Shown in pieces: positions 24,950 through 35,013 of a stretch of DNA of 40,473 nucleotides. The stretch covers positions 1 through 40,473 of the forward strand of contig CAYOFB010000001.1 of NCBI GenBank assembly GCA_964403145.1, read 5' to 3'. The notes below the pieces were generated by a model. That model ran no database searches and was not told where the DNA came from. It saw only the letters and a list, made by a program, of their open reading frames with translations. Origin of the DNA: an uncultured Candidatus Bathyarchaeia archaeon (GTDB taxonomy: Archaea; Thermoproteota; Bathyarchaeia; Bathyarchaeales; WUQV01). The translations under genes and the position numbers were made by a program. Position 1 is the stretch's first letter. Each line of letters begins with the position of its first letter.

Positions 24950-25873
24950 GTGACGGAAATTGACTTTATCAGTAAAATGACGGAATGGGGCTTCTATATC
25001 TTTGTTTTTGTTACATCAATTATAATTTTTCCACGGCTTAACATTATGCTCTGGTTAGCTCTTTTCTTTTCATTGACCTTTTGTATACCCGTAAGGCACC
25101 GTGCTTGGGAATACAATTTTCGAGTCTTCTGCTTATATTTAAGTAGCATTCTATGGATTCTCGGACTGACCATAGAAGCAGGAAATGCAGCTGCTATTTA
25201 TATTGCGACTTTGCTGGTTATAACCTCCGTCATAACTTGCATCTTATTTTCTCACATTAAGTGGTATATCCCCCATTTATCGGCCGATATTTATCAGCTG
25301 ATTCTAATATTGACGTTTATTGCCGGACTGGCGATAAGTCCGGTTACTGAGACGGGTGCCCAGAAGTATCACATCATTGGTTCGTTTTCTGTGGTCCTCC
25401 TTGTTCTTATGCTTGGAGGCGCAGGCGTTGCGGCTAGGAGATCGAGAATTGTAAGGTGCGTAGGAGATGTGAAACGCTTCAGGGAAAAATTAGAATCAAT
25501 GTACAAGAAACAAGAAGCGAAGCTCGTAAGTATTAGATTTGAAGAATTTCTTAAGCATGTTGATGCTGGTGCCCTTGGTTACGCATATGTCACTCTTTCC
25601 ACAGGGCTTTTGGAAATTATTGGAATCTGGAAGGACAAGAAGCGAAAGTTTCCAGAGTTTGATGGAAAGAGGTTTCCTTATACTCATGATGAGATAAGAG
25701 GTGCCATTGTGCACTCATTGCCGAGGCCAGAAAAAAGAAAGATTACTGATAAAGATGCAGCCAGGAGATTGGAGATATATAATCAGTTTAGAAGATGTCC
25801 CTTCGTTGCGATATGTGATTTACTGATTGCCACTAAAAGAAAGTTTGAAAAATCCTATTCTTGTCAAACATAA
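24950..25873 (+). CDS. polytopic membrane protein with a roughly 140-aa soluble C-terminal domain, unknown
   Basis: 307 aa, GTG start. About 5 hydrophobic segments in the first 165 aa, then a charged domain. A TTTATAA box lies about 30 nt upstream of the start. Confidence 0.55.
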   Translation: MTEIDFISKMTEWGFYIFVFVTSIIIFPRLNIMLWLALFFSLTFCIPVRHRAWEYNFRVFCLYLSSILWILGLTIEAGNAAAIYIATLLVITSVITCILFSHIKWYIPHLSADIYQLILILTFIAGLAISPVTETGAQKYHIIGSFSVVLLVLMLGGAGVAARRSRIVRCVGDVKRFREKLESMYKKQEAKLVSIRFEEFLKHVDAGALGYAYVTLSTGLLEIIGIWKDKKRKFPEFDGKRFPYTHDEIRGAIVHSLPRPEKRKITDKDAARRLEIYNQFRRCPFVAICDLLIATKRKFEKSYSCQT

Positions 25874-25911
25874 AGCGCTACATTACCTCAACTTCGGCCA
25901 AAACTCATTGT

Positions 25912-26592
25912 TTAATGATCGCGTTGAAAAATCAGCTCCTCAAGCCTTGGGTAGTCTCTTAGGAAGAGCAGAGGATTCCTTCTGTATCTCCTAATGGTCT
26001 CTGCAGCTTTTTCTCTTAAATACCAGAAGTCCTCCGATTCATCGTATGCTATTTCAAATCTGTCCTGTTTCCTGTACCATTCATAGAACTCCTTCGAGGA
26101 TGATTCTCTGACTTTGTTCGGTATGAAAATCACGATTTCCTTGTTTCCTCTTCTTATCTTCTTCAGTTTGCCTACATTCGCGAATCTTCCGCAATGCCTC
26201 ATTTTTAGGCCCGCATTCCTGAGAACCTCATAATCCTCGTCGTAGTGACAGTAAACGTTTCCTATCCCGTTCTTTAGAAGCCACTCTGCAACGTAGCTGT
26301 TATCTAGCAGAGAGCACGCTGCATTGTGGCATTCAACCGCATTGTAGTTGTTGATGAAAATTGCTAGGTCCTCGTACTTCACATCAAGATCATCGAAGAA
26401 AACCTCATTAACCTTATCTATAACCTTCTGGTTCTCTTCCTTCCTCCAGAAAATTTTCAGATTGATGAACGGATAACCACTCACTAGGTCATCCCTATCC
26501 CATAGATTGAGGTTCCATCCATACTCCAAGCATGCATACTTCTTATATTCATCAACAATTTCCAAAATCTTTTCGAGGTTTTTATCCTCCAT
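25912..26592 (-). CDS. hypothetical protein
   Basis: 226-aa ORF with protein-like composition and no motif I recognise. Last AT-rich gene before the GC-richer block. Confidence 0.5.
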   Translation of the reverse strand: MEDKNLEKILEIVDEYKKYACLEYGWNLNLWDRDDLVSGYPFINLKIFWRKEENQKVIDKVNEVFFDDLDVKYEDLAIFINNYNAVECHNAACSLLDNSYVAEWLLKNGIGNVYCHYDEDYEVLRNAGLKMRHCGRFANVGKLKKIRRGNKEIVIFIPNKVRESSSKEFYEWYRKQDRFEIAYDESEDFWYLREKAAETIRRYRRNPLLFLRDYPRLEELIFQRDH

Positions 26593-26689
26593 GTTTTCAT
26601 CGGAGAAAGCGACAGCTTTTCTTGATTACGCCCTACATGCCGATCGTGCCAAGCATGGGGTAGAAAATGAGTGAAACCGGAAGCTATGT

Positions 26690-28726
26690 TCACCTTACAG
26701 TAACCACTCTGGAAGCCCCTCCCTCCTTCGTCACCCTGATGATATGATCAGCGAACCCTTCAAGCTCGCGTTCGTGCGATACCAGGATGACCTGCTCGCA
26801 GTTCAGCTCGTTCAGCACATCCCGGACTTTGAAAAGCTGCTCCCTGCTGAAACCGTCGGTCGGTTCGTCTAGTATGAGCAGCCCGGCACCGGCCGCGGTA
26901 GCGATTTCTTGTACAACCGTGTTGAGTGCGAGCCTGTACGCCAGAGCAACGCTTGTTCTCTCTCCCCCGCTGAGCGTGTCATACCTCTGCTCGTAACCGC
27001 TCCTTTCTATTATCGGGGTGAAATCCTCATCCACCCTGACCTGCAGCTCGGGATCCTCTATCAGGATGCTGAACCATTTCCTGAAAAGCTCGTTGAATCT
27101 CAGGTTTATTCTGGCCATAACGTGGCGCTCGATGCTTTCCACGGTTGGCGTGAAAAACTCCTCGAGCCATGTACGGTACTCGCTGAGCTCTTTAATCTCC
27201 TCGAGCTGTTTTTCTTTCCGCTCGATCTCCTTTAAGAGGTTTTCCTCGCTCTGCCGCTGAACTTTTATTTCGGCGCTTATTTCCTTGATGGTCGTTCTTA
27301 GGTCATCGAGCTCCTTTTGAAGTTTCTCATTTTCCGCTTCCAGTCGCTCCAGTTCCTGCCTGATGCCTTCCAGAGGTTTGAGTTCCTTCTCGGCCTCCTG
27401 TATCTCCCCTTTCAATTCGTTGATTTTCCCTTCAAGCTCCTTTCTTGCCTGCTCTTTTTCCCCGCGCAGCTTTTCCTTCTCCTCCATGCACTTCCTCAGT
27501 TCCTCGAGTTCCTTTCGGCTTTGCTCGTATTCCTTCGTCTTCTCTATAAGCTTCTCCAGCTCATCCTCCTTTTCCTGAAGTTTGCCTATCTCCTCGGACA
27601 ACTTTCTGATCTCGTCTTTGAGATGGGCCCCCTTCTTCCCGAACTCGGCAGGATCAACCGGTCTCTCGCACACAGGGCAGACTCCGCTCTTGAGAAGCGA
27701 TTCCACATTCTCTATGCGCTCTTCGAGCTTCCCGTGCATGGTCTGGGCCCTTTTCAGCTTCTCCCTCGTGTCCTCGAGTTCCCTGTCCAGCTCCTCAAGT
27801 GTCTTGTCGGTCGGTCTTGCTAGGGATTCAAGCTCCTTGATCCTCGGCTTTATCTCGTCATTCAGCTCCTTTTTCAGCCTTTGCAGCTCCTCGATGAGGG
27901 TACTTAGATTACTTTCAAAATCCCCGAGCCGCTCACGGAGAACGGGGAGCCTCGCTTCGATCCCGCGGAGCCTCTCCTTCTCCTCCCTCAGTTCCCGGAG
28001 TCTCTTCTCGATGTCACCGATCTTTCCCTCGAGTTCCCTTTTCTTTGCGTCCAGAGGCTTCAGCTTTTCCCCGAGTTCCACGATTCTTTTCCTGATCTCA
28101 TCCAGTTCCTTCCTTTTCTCCTCCAGATCTGAAGTCGCCCCCTTCAAGTATTCAACGCGACCTTGGATCTTCGCGGTCAGCAGCGCCGAGTTCTGAACGG
28201 CTGTTTTGTAGTCCTCTATCCTTAGGGCTTTCCTGAGTGTCTGAAGCCTGCTCTCCGCGCTTTCCAAGATTATCTGTTTCATTTCCTCCTGCGGGGTGAA
28301 TATCGCGTATCTGAAGATCACGCTCTTGGCCCGGGGATTGGCGGGTTCGTTGAACCCAAGGATCTGGAGAATTCTCTCCTTCATTTCGCTCGGTGACAGG
28401 TATTCCCTTCCCTCAGGCCCCTCGAGGTAGCATTCCCTCTGCTGGACAGACCTTCCCCTTCTCTCGAGTGCCCTGTGAACCACATACTCGGTCCCGTTGA
28501 CCTCGAATTTCAGGGTGACCGATCCCCTTTTCTCCCCGTTCCTGAGCAGGAAATCCCCGCTCAACGATCCAAGCCCGAAAAGGGCGAACTCTATAGCGTA
28601 GAGTATTGTTGACTTCCCTGATCCGATGTCGCCGGCGAAAAGCACGACTCCCTTTGGAAAGTTTATGGGTTCGTCCATCCCCGCGTAGCTTCTTATGTTC
28701 TCTAGGTGCAGGGATTTTATTATCAT
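26690..28726 (-). CDS. rad50: Rad50/SbcC-family SMC-like ATPase, short coiled-coil variant with zinc hook
   Basis: 678 aa. Walker A FAGDIGSGKST, zinc hook GVCPVCERP at mid-length, signature LSGGERTSVALAYRLAL, Walker B LLILDEPTDG, and VILVSHE. The ATG overlaps the Mre11 TGA (ATGA). Confidence 0.88.
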   Translation of the reverse strand: MIIKSLHLENIRSYAGMDEPINFPKGVVLFAGDIGSGKSTILYAIEFALFGLGSLSGDFLLRNGEKRGSVTLKFEVNGTEYVVHRALERRGRSVQQRECYLEGPEGREYLSPSEMKERILQILGFNEPANPRAKSVIFRYAIFTPQEEMKQIILESAESRLQTLRKALRIEDYKTAVQNSALLTAKIQGRVEYLKGATSDLEEKRKELDEIRKRIVELGEKLKPLDAKKRELEGKIGDIEKRLRELREEKERLRGIEARLPVLRERLGDFESNLSTLIEELQRLKKELNDEIKPRIKELESLARPTDKTLEELDRELEDTREKLKRAQTMHGKLEERIENVESLLKSGVCPVCERPVDPAEFGKKGAHLKDEIRKLSEEIGKLQEKEDELEKLIEKTKEYEQSRKELEELRKCMEEKEKLRGEKEQARKELEGKINELKGEIQEAEKELKPLEGIRQELERLEAENEKLQKELDDLRTTIKEISAEIKVQRQSEENLLKEIERKEKQLEEIKELSEYRTWLEEFFTPTVESIERHVMARINLRFNELFRKWFSILIEDPELQVRVDEDFTPIIERSGYEQRYDTLSGGERTSVALAYRLALNTVVQEIATAAGAGLLILDEPTDGFSREQLFKVRDVLNELNCEQVILVSHERELEGFADHIIRVTKEGGASRVVTVR

Positions 28727-29988
28727 TCGGGCACCTCCTTTATTCCCAGCGTTTCAACAGCATCTCTCAGGATTCTCTTTTCGTAATCCGCCTTGGTCTC
28801 GCTGTCCTTCTTTCCCTGTTTCAGCACCCTGAGCAGGTTCAGGGACAGGGCGACACCGGCGTCTCCCTTGAGTTTCGGGATGGAAACATTCACCGAGCCT
28901 ATGCTCTCCTTGAAAAGTTTTCTCTCAATCTCCTCCCGAGTCTCGCCTGCTACCCTGATCCTCGTGTACTCCTTGGAGGTAAGCCCGTGGTAGTTCATCA
29001 TGACGTGCAGCGCGCCCTTTCCCTCTATGATTTCCCTTATCCTCGCGAAATTCACGTCGGCGGTCCTTCCCGATGAGAGCTCTCCCCAGACCTTGAAAAG
29101 AACGAGTTTCCCCTCCGCGTCCATATCCTTGGCAATCCCCATCAGCTCGTCCTGCACCTCCTGAGCCGTCCTACCACCCGCATCGTACTCGACGATTTCG
29201 AAGTCGCAGGCTTTCACCTCGACGAACTCCACGCTCTCAACCCTGTCGGAGAAGTTAACCACGTAGAATCCCCTCTTCTCACCCTTCGCGCTCTTTTCAA
29301 GGTCGGTGTAGTTTGCCCCGAAGAGTGTTCCCGGAAACACCACGTGCTCGTACCCGGGCATGCTGGCGACGAGCCTCTCGTGGATATGCCCTCCGGCGTA
29401 ATAATTAAAGTTCTTCGGGAGGAGCGAGACAGGCATGGACTCCGTGTCGGCGATCGAGACAGGCCTGTACTCGTCGATCGCAGCGTGGAAGGCGAAGATC
29501 TTGAAGCCACTTTCTCTCTCGAGACTCTCCCTGTCTAGGATCTCGAAGAATTTTCTCTCCACGCCAGCCTTCCGTCTCGAGATGCCGGTTATCTTCGCAC
29601 CCGTTTTGTCGTCCACAACAAATCGGAGCCTGAGCTTCTCCCCCACCATCTCTCCGTAGGTCACCTTCCGTATGAGACCTGTCTCCTCGATTATGTCTAT
29701 CATGGATGTCTGCGTCGGGCTGAAGTCGTGGCTGCCGTAGATGACGTATATGTTAATGCCCTTCTCCCTCGCCTTCCTGAGGATCGCCACCGCCTGCTTT
29801 ACCACGGAGAGATCGGGGAGGTTTGAGTCGAAAAGATCACCGCTGATCACGATAAAGTCGACTTTCCTTTCAACGCACAGATCGATTGCCTTCCTGAAGG
29901 AATCCAGAACAAGATTCTTCAGGGTGCTGTGTCGAAAGGCGCCGAGGTGAACATCGGACATATGAGCGAAGCTGGGCATTTTTCTCAC
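28723..29988 (-). CDS. mre11: Mre11/SbcD-family calcineurin-like phosphoesterase nuclease
   Basis: 421 aa. Motifs [27 protein letters not shown] (GNHD with N to S), IV FAFHAAI, V GGHIHER. GTG 29988 overlaps the HerA stop (GTGA). The alternative ATG 29979 gives [13 protein letters not shown]. Confidence 0.88.
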   Translation of the reverse strand: MRKMPSFAHMSDVHLGAFRHSTLKNLVLDSFRKAIDLCVERKVDFIVISGDLFDSNLPDLSVVKQAVAILRKAREKGINIYVIYGSHDFSPTQTSMIDIIEETGLIRKVTYGEMVGEKLRLRFVVDDKTGAKITGISRRKAGVERKFFEILDRESLERESGFKIFAFHAAIDEYRPVSIADTESMPVSLLPKNFNYYAGGHIHERLVASMPGYEHVVFPGTLFGANYTDLEKSAKGEKRGFYVVNFSDRVESVEFVEVKACDFEIVEYDAGGRTAQEVQDELMGIAKDMDAEGKLVLFKVWGELSSGRTADVNFARIREIIEGKGALHVMMNYHGLTSKEYTRIRVAGETREEIERKLFKESIGSVNVSIPKLKGDAGVALSLNLLRVLKQGKKDSETKADYEKRILRDAVETLGIKEVPE

Positions 29989-31508
29989 CCTGTGTAAACC
30001 ACCTTCTTCGTCTCCTGCTTGGCTCCCTCGCGCTTGGCAAGCTCATCGAAAAGCGGGATCTGGATAGGGACGGCGAATTTTGTCAAAATGCTGCTGACAA
30101 TGGCCTCACCGACGTCGAGACTTGCAATCGTCCTGTCTTCCGTGGAGAGATCCTGAGCCGCGCTGTTTATGATGGCGTTCCTCTCGGACGCCATCTCGTT
30201 GCCAAGTATTATCTTCGTGTTCATGTTTGTCAGTATGTCCCTCGGGATCACGCTCGTCAGCTGGGTGATTGCTATGAGCCCCACCTTGAATTTCCTTCCC
30301 TCCCTCGCTATCCTGCTGTAGATGTTGTCGCCGGCGCTCGCCAGCCTCTCGCTTCCGAGAACCCTCGGCGCTTCCTCGATGACCACGCTGACAGGAACCT
30401 TCTCCCGGAGCTTCCCCTCGGACTTCGCCTTCTGGTGATTCTCGAGCACCTCAGTCGCGATTATGCTCCCGATGAGCAGCTCCGCCTCGTCTCCGAGCTT
30501 GGAGGTGTCTACTATCACCACCTTCCCGTCCTCCAGAGCGGTGACGATGTCATCCACGGTCGACTCGCCGGCGGTGTCGCTGAAAACCCTGTTCCTGCAC
30601 AGGATCCGGTCGTCCCTGACTTCCAAGGACAGCGCGGTTCTGAATATTCTCTGAAGAACTGTGAGTGTTCTGGGGTTGACTCCCCCGACCTCGGTTCCCC
30701 TCAGTATGTTTTCGATCCACAGTTCCCCGAATTCCCTGTGATAGAGCCGTATCGCGTGAACCTGCGCATCCGAGAAGGAGACTATGCCCCTGAAATGATC
30801 GGGCCTTATCGATCTCAGGTTTATCACGAGGGTTTTCCCTCCCGCAGGGGGATTCACCGAGTAGTAGAGCACGTTGTCTCCGGCCTTGGGATGATCCTTG
30901 AGACCGGGACCATTCCTGCCGTAGTACTCGTCGTGGGGATCCAAGACCAGCACACCAAACTTGCGCTGCCCTATCACACTCCATAGCATGACCTTGACGA
31001 GATTGCTCTTGCCCCTTCCAGTTGTCGAGGGTATTAGGATATGATGCGTGAAGGCCAGTTCACCGTCGAGATAAACGGGGACATCGATCACCTTGCTCCC
31101 GCTCCTGACCTTCCCCAGATAAACAGGGTTCGGAGGCTTTGTGAGGAATTTCAGGTCCTCGGGCTCGATGTGTCTAACATTTCCGAAGATCGCCGGAAGG
31201 GTTTTCGGCATGCGCGGGTTTTCCGTGACTCTCAGCACAACCTTTGCCTCCGCCAGTATGTAGTTCCTGAGCTCGGGATCCATGAAATCCAGCCCGCCTC
31301 CCAGCCCTTCGAGGCTCATGCCGGCTATCTGCTCCCGGGCCGTCCTCGAGATCTGGCTCCCGTATTCTAGGTTGTACACTTGGAGTATCGAGTAACCCTG
31401 CGGATCCTCGGCCACGAGCAGGTCGCCCAGCTCTATCTTGCTCCCGCTCTTTTCTCTTATCAGAATTCTACCAACCTGTCCACCTATTATCTGACCGCAC
31501 ACGCCCAA
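29985..31508 (-). CDS. herA: HerA-family hexameric DNA translocase/helicase
   Basis: 507 aa. HAS-barrel-like N-terminus ([15 protein letters not shown]...LGDLLVAE), Walker [14 protein letters not shown], Walker [12 protein letters not shown]. The start (TTG 31508 or GTG 31502) is within a few nt of the NurA stop. Confidence 0.88.
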   Translation of the reverse strand: MGVCGQIIGGQVGRILIREKSGSKIELGDLLVAEDPQGYSILQVYNLEYGSQISRTAREQIAGMSLEGLGGGLDFMDPELRNYILAEAKVVLRVTENPRMPKTLPAIFGNVRHIEPEDLKFLTKPPNPVYLGKVRSGSKVIDVPVYLDGELAFTHHILIPSTTGRGKSNLVKVMLWSVIGQRKFGVLVLDPHDEYYGRNGPGLKDHPKAGDNVLYYSVNPPAGGKTLVINLRSIRPDHFRGIVSFSDAQVHAIRLYHREFGELWIENILRGTEVGGVNPRTLTVLQRIFRTALSLEVRDDRILCRNRVFSDTAGESTVDDIVTALEDGKVVIVDTSKLGDEAELLIGSIIATEVLENHQKAKSEGKLREKVPVSVVIEEAPRVLGSERLASAGDNIYSRIAREGRKFKVGLIAITQLTSVIPRDILTNMNTKIILGNEMASERNAIINSAAQDLSTEDRTIASLDVGEAIVSSILTKFAVPIQIPLFDELAKREGAKQETKKVVYTG

Positions 31509-31509
31509 A

Positions 31510-32628
31510 TCATATCACCTCCTTAAGCATGTTCAATATGCTGTGGGTATCGACGGCATAGATATGACGGGAAATTTTCTCCCAAGCTCCGAGACTCGAG
31601 ATCTCGGATAGGATCATTATCCGGTAAGTCTCAAGCTCGTTCTTCCTGACACGGGCGTTGTCATCCGCATCTATAAGCCCGTAAGGGTAGCCCGGGAGAC
31701 TGGGATCGCTCGAGTTCAGGGAAAGCTGACTGAAAATCTCGTTCAGGTCCTTCTCCGACAGGTCCCGGGCCTGCTCCGCCTGAATCTCGTACCTGTAGGC
31801 CCTCTTCGCCCTCGGATGCAACATCACGATGTAGATGTTCGCCTTGAGCGGGGGGTTCAGAGATATCGCAACCGGGTGGTAGTACCACGGCGCCTCCACG
31901 CCGTGCTGCTTGGCAAGCCATTTCACAGCCCCTATGAGGGAAACGCCGGTGGTGGTAAAGAGTCTGCTGCTCTTGGAGAGACCTGAAAAAATTACGCCTT
32001 TGCTCTTCGCCGCCGCGAAGGCCGCGAGCGCGTAGTCCGACTCGTTCTTGACGGACGTTCTCAAAGTCCCGTCCATTACCAGAACGTCTCCCCTTTCCAG
32101 CTCTTTCTCGACTATGAAACGCGCAAAGGACCACTCAGCAAATCTCCTAGCCACCGATGCGGCCCTAGACACGCTGGCCCTTGCCCTTCCGATCATGAGA
32201 GCCCTGTCAAACGAGTTGAACGACAGGTCCGAGGGATCGGGGAGGAATTCTATGAACCTGTCCGAGACCGGGAACAGCATGGTGTCGTAATAAACCTCGT
32301 CGTTCTCGAATCTTGCGACCGTCGCCGAGAGGAACTCTATCTTTTTCGGAAGGCTTGTCGCCCTGATCCTTCTTTTTCCCTTGAAGATGTTGAAGTACAC
32401 CCTGTTCAGCTGGACCGAGAAGTTCGGTGCCCCCACGAGTTCCCTGTTACCGCCGTCGATGAAGGCCATCTTCCTGTCATTTTCAGCGACGTCTATCCCG
32501 TGGAAGTTCTCAGGATGAAAGTTCACGGGCCTGTAATCGTGGTCGGCAAAGTGAGGCTCCCCTATGCCGGAGCTCTCTATCTTTTCACTCAATCTCCGAA
32601 CGAGTTTCTTAACAGCGTCACCTATCAT
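31510..32628 (-). CDS. nurA: NurA-family 5'-3' exo/endonuclease
   Basis: 372 aa. AFIDGGN (first catalytic Asp), VLVMDGTL, and [16 protein letters not shown] (the GYPYxL..A motif), which is the NurA signature set. Confidence 0.8.
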   Translation of the reverse strand: MIGDAVKKLVRRLSEKIESSGIGEPHFADHDYRPVNFHPENFHGIDVAENDRKMAFIDGGNRELVGAPNFSVQLNRVYFNIFKGKRRIRATSLPKKIEFLSATVARFENDEVYYDTMLFPVSDRFIEFLPDPSDLSFNSFDRALMIGRARASVSRAASVARRFAEWSFARFIVEKELERGDVLVMDGTLRTSVKNESDYALAAFAAAKSKGVIFSGLSKSSRLFTTTGVSLIGAVKWLAKQHGVEAPWYYHPVAISLNPPLKANIYIVMLHPRAKRAYRYEIQAEQARDLSEKDLNEIFSQLSLNSSDPSLPGYPYGLIDADDNARVRKNELETYRIMILSEISSLGAWEKISRHIYAVDTHSILNMLKEVI

Positions 32629-32634
32629 TCCCCA

Positions 32635-35013
32635 TCACCACACGATGATTCCAGTTGGAATTCTGACCTGCGCCGAGATGTACTCCCCCGTTCTCTGAGT
32701 GATTCTCTGTGGGAGGGCAAACTTCGGTGGCTGGAACAGCGAGAGCCAGTTGAGGTACTTGAGGTGAAAGTACTCCTTCACCAGCCCCTCGATGGTGGGT
32801 TCCTCGAGGTCGGAATCCACGTTGAAATGCTCAACCTTGACCAGCTGTATCGGTTGAACGGTCGCGAGCTCCTTCCCGGCCCACCTGTGAGGTACCGAGC
32901 TGACCAGAATGCCGCTCTTAGGGTTCTCTATTATGAAGATCCCGTGCCTCGGGTTCCTCCATCCCTCCTCGGTCCTCACCAGAACCCTCCGGTTCGGGGA
33001 CTTGTTCACCGCCACTATGTCTATCGAAACGCTGTCGGGAAGATCCCTCCTTTTCCTCATGGCGTCCGGTATTGGCTCGAGGCCGTCCTCGGGGATTCCT
33101 TTCTCGAAGACCTCCCTCATCAGCGCGCGCTCAGCCGGTTTTATCGGGCCGTCTTTGTACAGCACGATCCTCCTGAGCTCGAACCTGAGACGCGGCTCAA
33201 TTCTCGGGAAGAGCTCGGAATACCTCTTGCACACCCGAGCAATCTTCTCCATCAACTTGTAAAACGAGGCCCTCGTGAGGCCCTCTCCGCCGGACTGGAT
33301 GACATCGGACCATATAAAGCGGCCGTAGGGATCCGTCACGGCCGTGAAGACGCTGATCTCGGACTTGTACTTTTTCCTTCTAGATGTATCGAAGCAAGCG
33401 TAGGCCGTGATCCCGGGTTCATCGTAGATGTGGGAATCCGCGGGTTCCTTGCAAAGCCAGATGGCGGCCTGCCTGCCGTAGAGTTTCAGGTAAATCTGCG
33501 GCGCAAGGGTCTCACATATCCTAGTGTTGCCGTTCACTATCGACCTCAACGTCGAGACTTCGAGGCATTGTGTTTGGATTGGTTCAACGGCTCTCAGCGG
33601 CAAGGGAATAGCTGGGTTAAAGAATGCATCCTTCGCCGCGTAGTAGATGTCCCCCTCATAGCTTACATCGGGAAGAATCACGAAGATTATCTTCCTAGCG
33701 GATTCGGATTCTGTCACGGTGCTTATCATGTCATTGAAAGCTTCCACGTAATCGTTAACTCCCCTCCCCTCGGTGTATCTGATCCCGAAGCGCTGTTCCA
33801 AGCTGCCGAAGTTCAACTTGGAGTACGTGTCAGCGATCTTTCCCAGAGCCTTCTCGAGGATCCCCGCGACTTCAGGTGGCGCGACAACTCCGAAAACCCC
33901 ATCCACCTTGCCTGTGTACGGTTGGGCACCGCTGTATAGTGCGTCCCTGACTTCAAGGAGATTCACAGGCAGGTCTTCACCATCCTTTCTCAGCAAAACT
34001 TGGAAGTCCCTCTGCGACCTGAACCTCCCTAATCCCAATGTGACTGCGCTGCTCGAAGCTGGAAGGGTGTCAAATACCACTTCGAACCCGAGGAACCTTA
34101 TCTTACCGAGCCTGTTCAGCAAAGTTAGCACGCGTGACACCCTCTCGTCGGGTGTCAGCCTTCTGGCTGCGTACCCCTTTCTACCGTACTCAAACTCCCT
34201 GTAAACGCAAATCTCGGGGTAATGGTACGGCTTCGGGTTTCCCGGGAATTTGACAATGACAACCCTGTGATCAGCCTCCACGGGCACCCCTCTCCTTCGC
34301 CAAAGGGCGATGTCAATATTCCGCGACTCGCCCACCCTTTTCTCTGAAACTCCCGTCACAAATGCAGCCTTCCAGTCGGGCAGGACTCTGACTTTGATGG
34401 ACTCCTCCTCCGTGGCTCGCATCGCCTCTTGGAATTTCAGCGGGATCATTATCCTGAACCCCGCGTCAATCCAAAGCGAAGGCCTCCCGTGCACGATGCA
34501 AGGCGACACCCTGTAGGCGTGCTTCGTTCTTTCTGGTGAAACGAATTCGCTTGAGTCGACATACACGCGGGTACCTACCTTTATAAACCCCGCTCTCCTA
34601 AGCTCGGCTCTAACCCGATTTTCCCAAGCCGTCTGGAAGATGCAAGCGTGATCCCCCATCCTCAGAGTGAGAGCCCTTGCAAACTCCAGTTGGACATTAT
34701 CGGTCTTGAGGCAACCTTTTATTTTCGGAACTTTATCCTCCCCGCCGAAAACGACGAGATCTCCGCCGAGGGCATCTATCTGCTTCACCGGCACATGAGC
34801 CGCATCGAAGCCCTTTGAAGCTAGGATATTCTCGATCCCTTTGATAACCCTCCATCTTTCCGGCCCGGTCTTCCCGGCTCTTTCCTTGAGGTTGAATATC
34901 AGCGCCTGTGCTTGTTCTTGGAGGGCCCTTTGCCCCATCCACAGATTGACGTGCGTCTCCCCCTTTGATTTTCCAATTATTCCCTTCGCTTGGAGAGCTG
35001 CCAGTTTCACCAT
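32635..35013 (-). CDS. long prokaryotic Argonaute (N/PAZ-like, MID, PIWI)
   Basis: 792 aa. MID-like IIFVILPD...DIYYAAKDAF...IQTQCL (YxxxK and Q of a 5'-end pocket). PIWI motifs AYACFDTSRR (first Asp), SGGEGL (candidate Glu finger), IVLYKDGP (RDG-like second Asp), IVAVNKSPNRRV, and a C-terminal LPQRITQRTGEYI. A PAZ-like KPYHYPEICVY is also present. Confidence 0.8.
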   Translation of the reverse strand: MVKLAALQAKGIIGKSKGETHVNLWMGQRALQEQAQALIFNLKERAGKTGPERWRVIKGIENILASKGFDAAHVPVKQIDALGGDLVVFGGEDKVPKIKGCLKTDNVQLEFARALTLRMGDHACIFQTAWENRVRAELRRAGFIKVGTRVYVDSSEFVSPERTKHAYRVSPCIVHGRPSLWIDAGFRIMIPLKFQEAMRATEEESIKVRVLPDWKAAFVTGVSEKRVGESRNIDIALWRRRGVPVEADHRVVIVKFPGNPKPYHYPEICVYREFEYGRKGYAARRLTPDERVSRVLTLLNRLGKIRFLGFEVVFDTLPASSSAVTLGLGRFRSQRDFQVLLRKDGEDLPVNLLEVRDALYSGAQPYTGKVDGVFGVVAPPEVAGILEKALGKIADTYSKLNFGSLEQRFGIRYTEGRGVNDYVEAFNDMISTVTESESARKIIFVILPDVSYEGDIYYAAKDAFFNPAIPLPLRAVEPIQTQCLEVSTLRSIVNGNTRICETLAPQIYLKLYGRQAAIWLCKEPADSHIYDEPGITAYACFDTSRRKKYKSEISVFTAVTDPYGRFIWSDVIQSGGEGLTRASFYKLMEKIARVCKRYSELFPRIEPRLRFELRRIVLYKDGPIKPAERALMREVFEKGIPEDGLEPIPDAMRKRRDLPDSVSIDIVAVNKSPNRRVLVRTEEGWRNPRHGIFIIENPKSGILVSSVPHRWAGKELATVQPIQLVKVEHFNVDSDLEEPTIEGLVKEYFHLKYLNWLSLFQPPKFALPQRITQRTGEYISAQVRIPTGIIVW

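Noticed and set aside
25640-25720. An Rx4H (EIRGAIVH) match suggesting a HEPN RNase domain in the membrane protein tail
   Set aside because: It is a single short motif lacking the usual polar residue after the Arg, with no supporting fold evidence. It is mentioned only as a hypothesis under the kinase finding.
26787-28196. Several plus-strand ORFs (69-204 aa) with S/L/F-rich low-complexity products
   Set aside because: They are antisense shadows of the E/K/L-rich Rad50 coiled coil. Their repetitive codons explain why the frames stay open.
30435-31370. Plus- and minus-strand ORFs of 109-183 aa inside herA, and similar ones (29214-29659, 31661-32290, 35870-36576) inside mre11, nurA and the AAA+ gene
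   Set aside because: All are nested in or antisense to genes with clear catalytic motifs, and their compositions are R/G/P-rich out-of-frame artefacts of GC-richer sequence.
32500-33939. A 479-aa plus-strand ORF, one of the longest in the track
   Set aside because: It lies entirely antisense to the Argonaute gene. Its composition (P/R/L/H/G-rich, no motifs) is typical of shadow ORFs in GC-richer DNA, whereas the minus-strand product carries MID/PIWI motifs.
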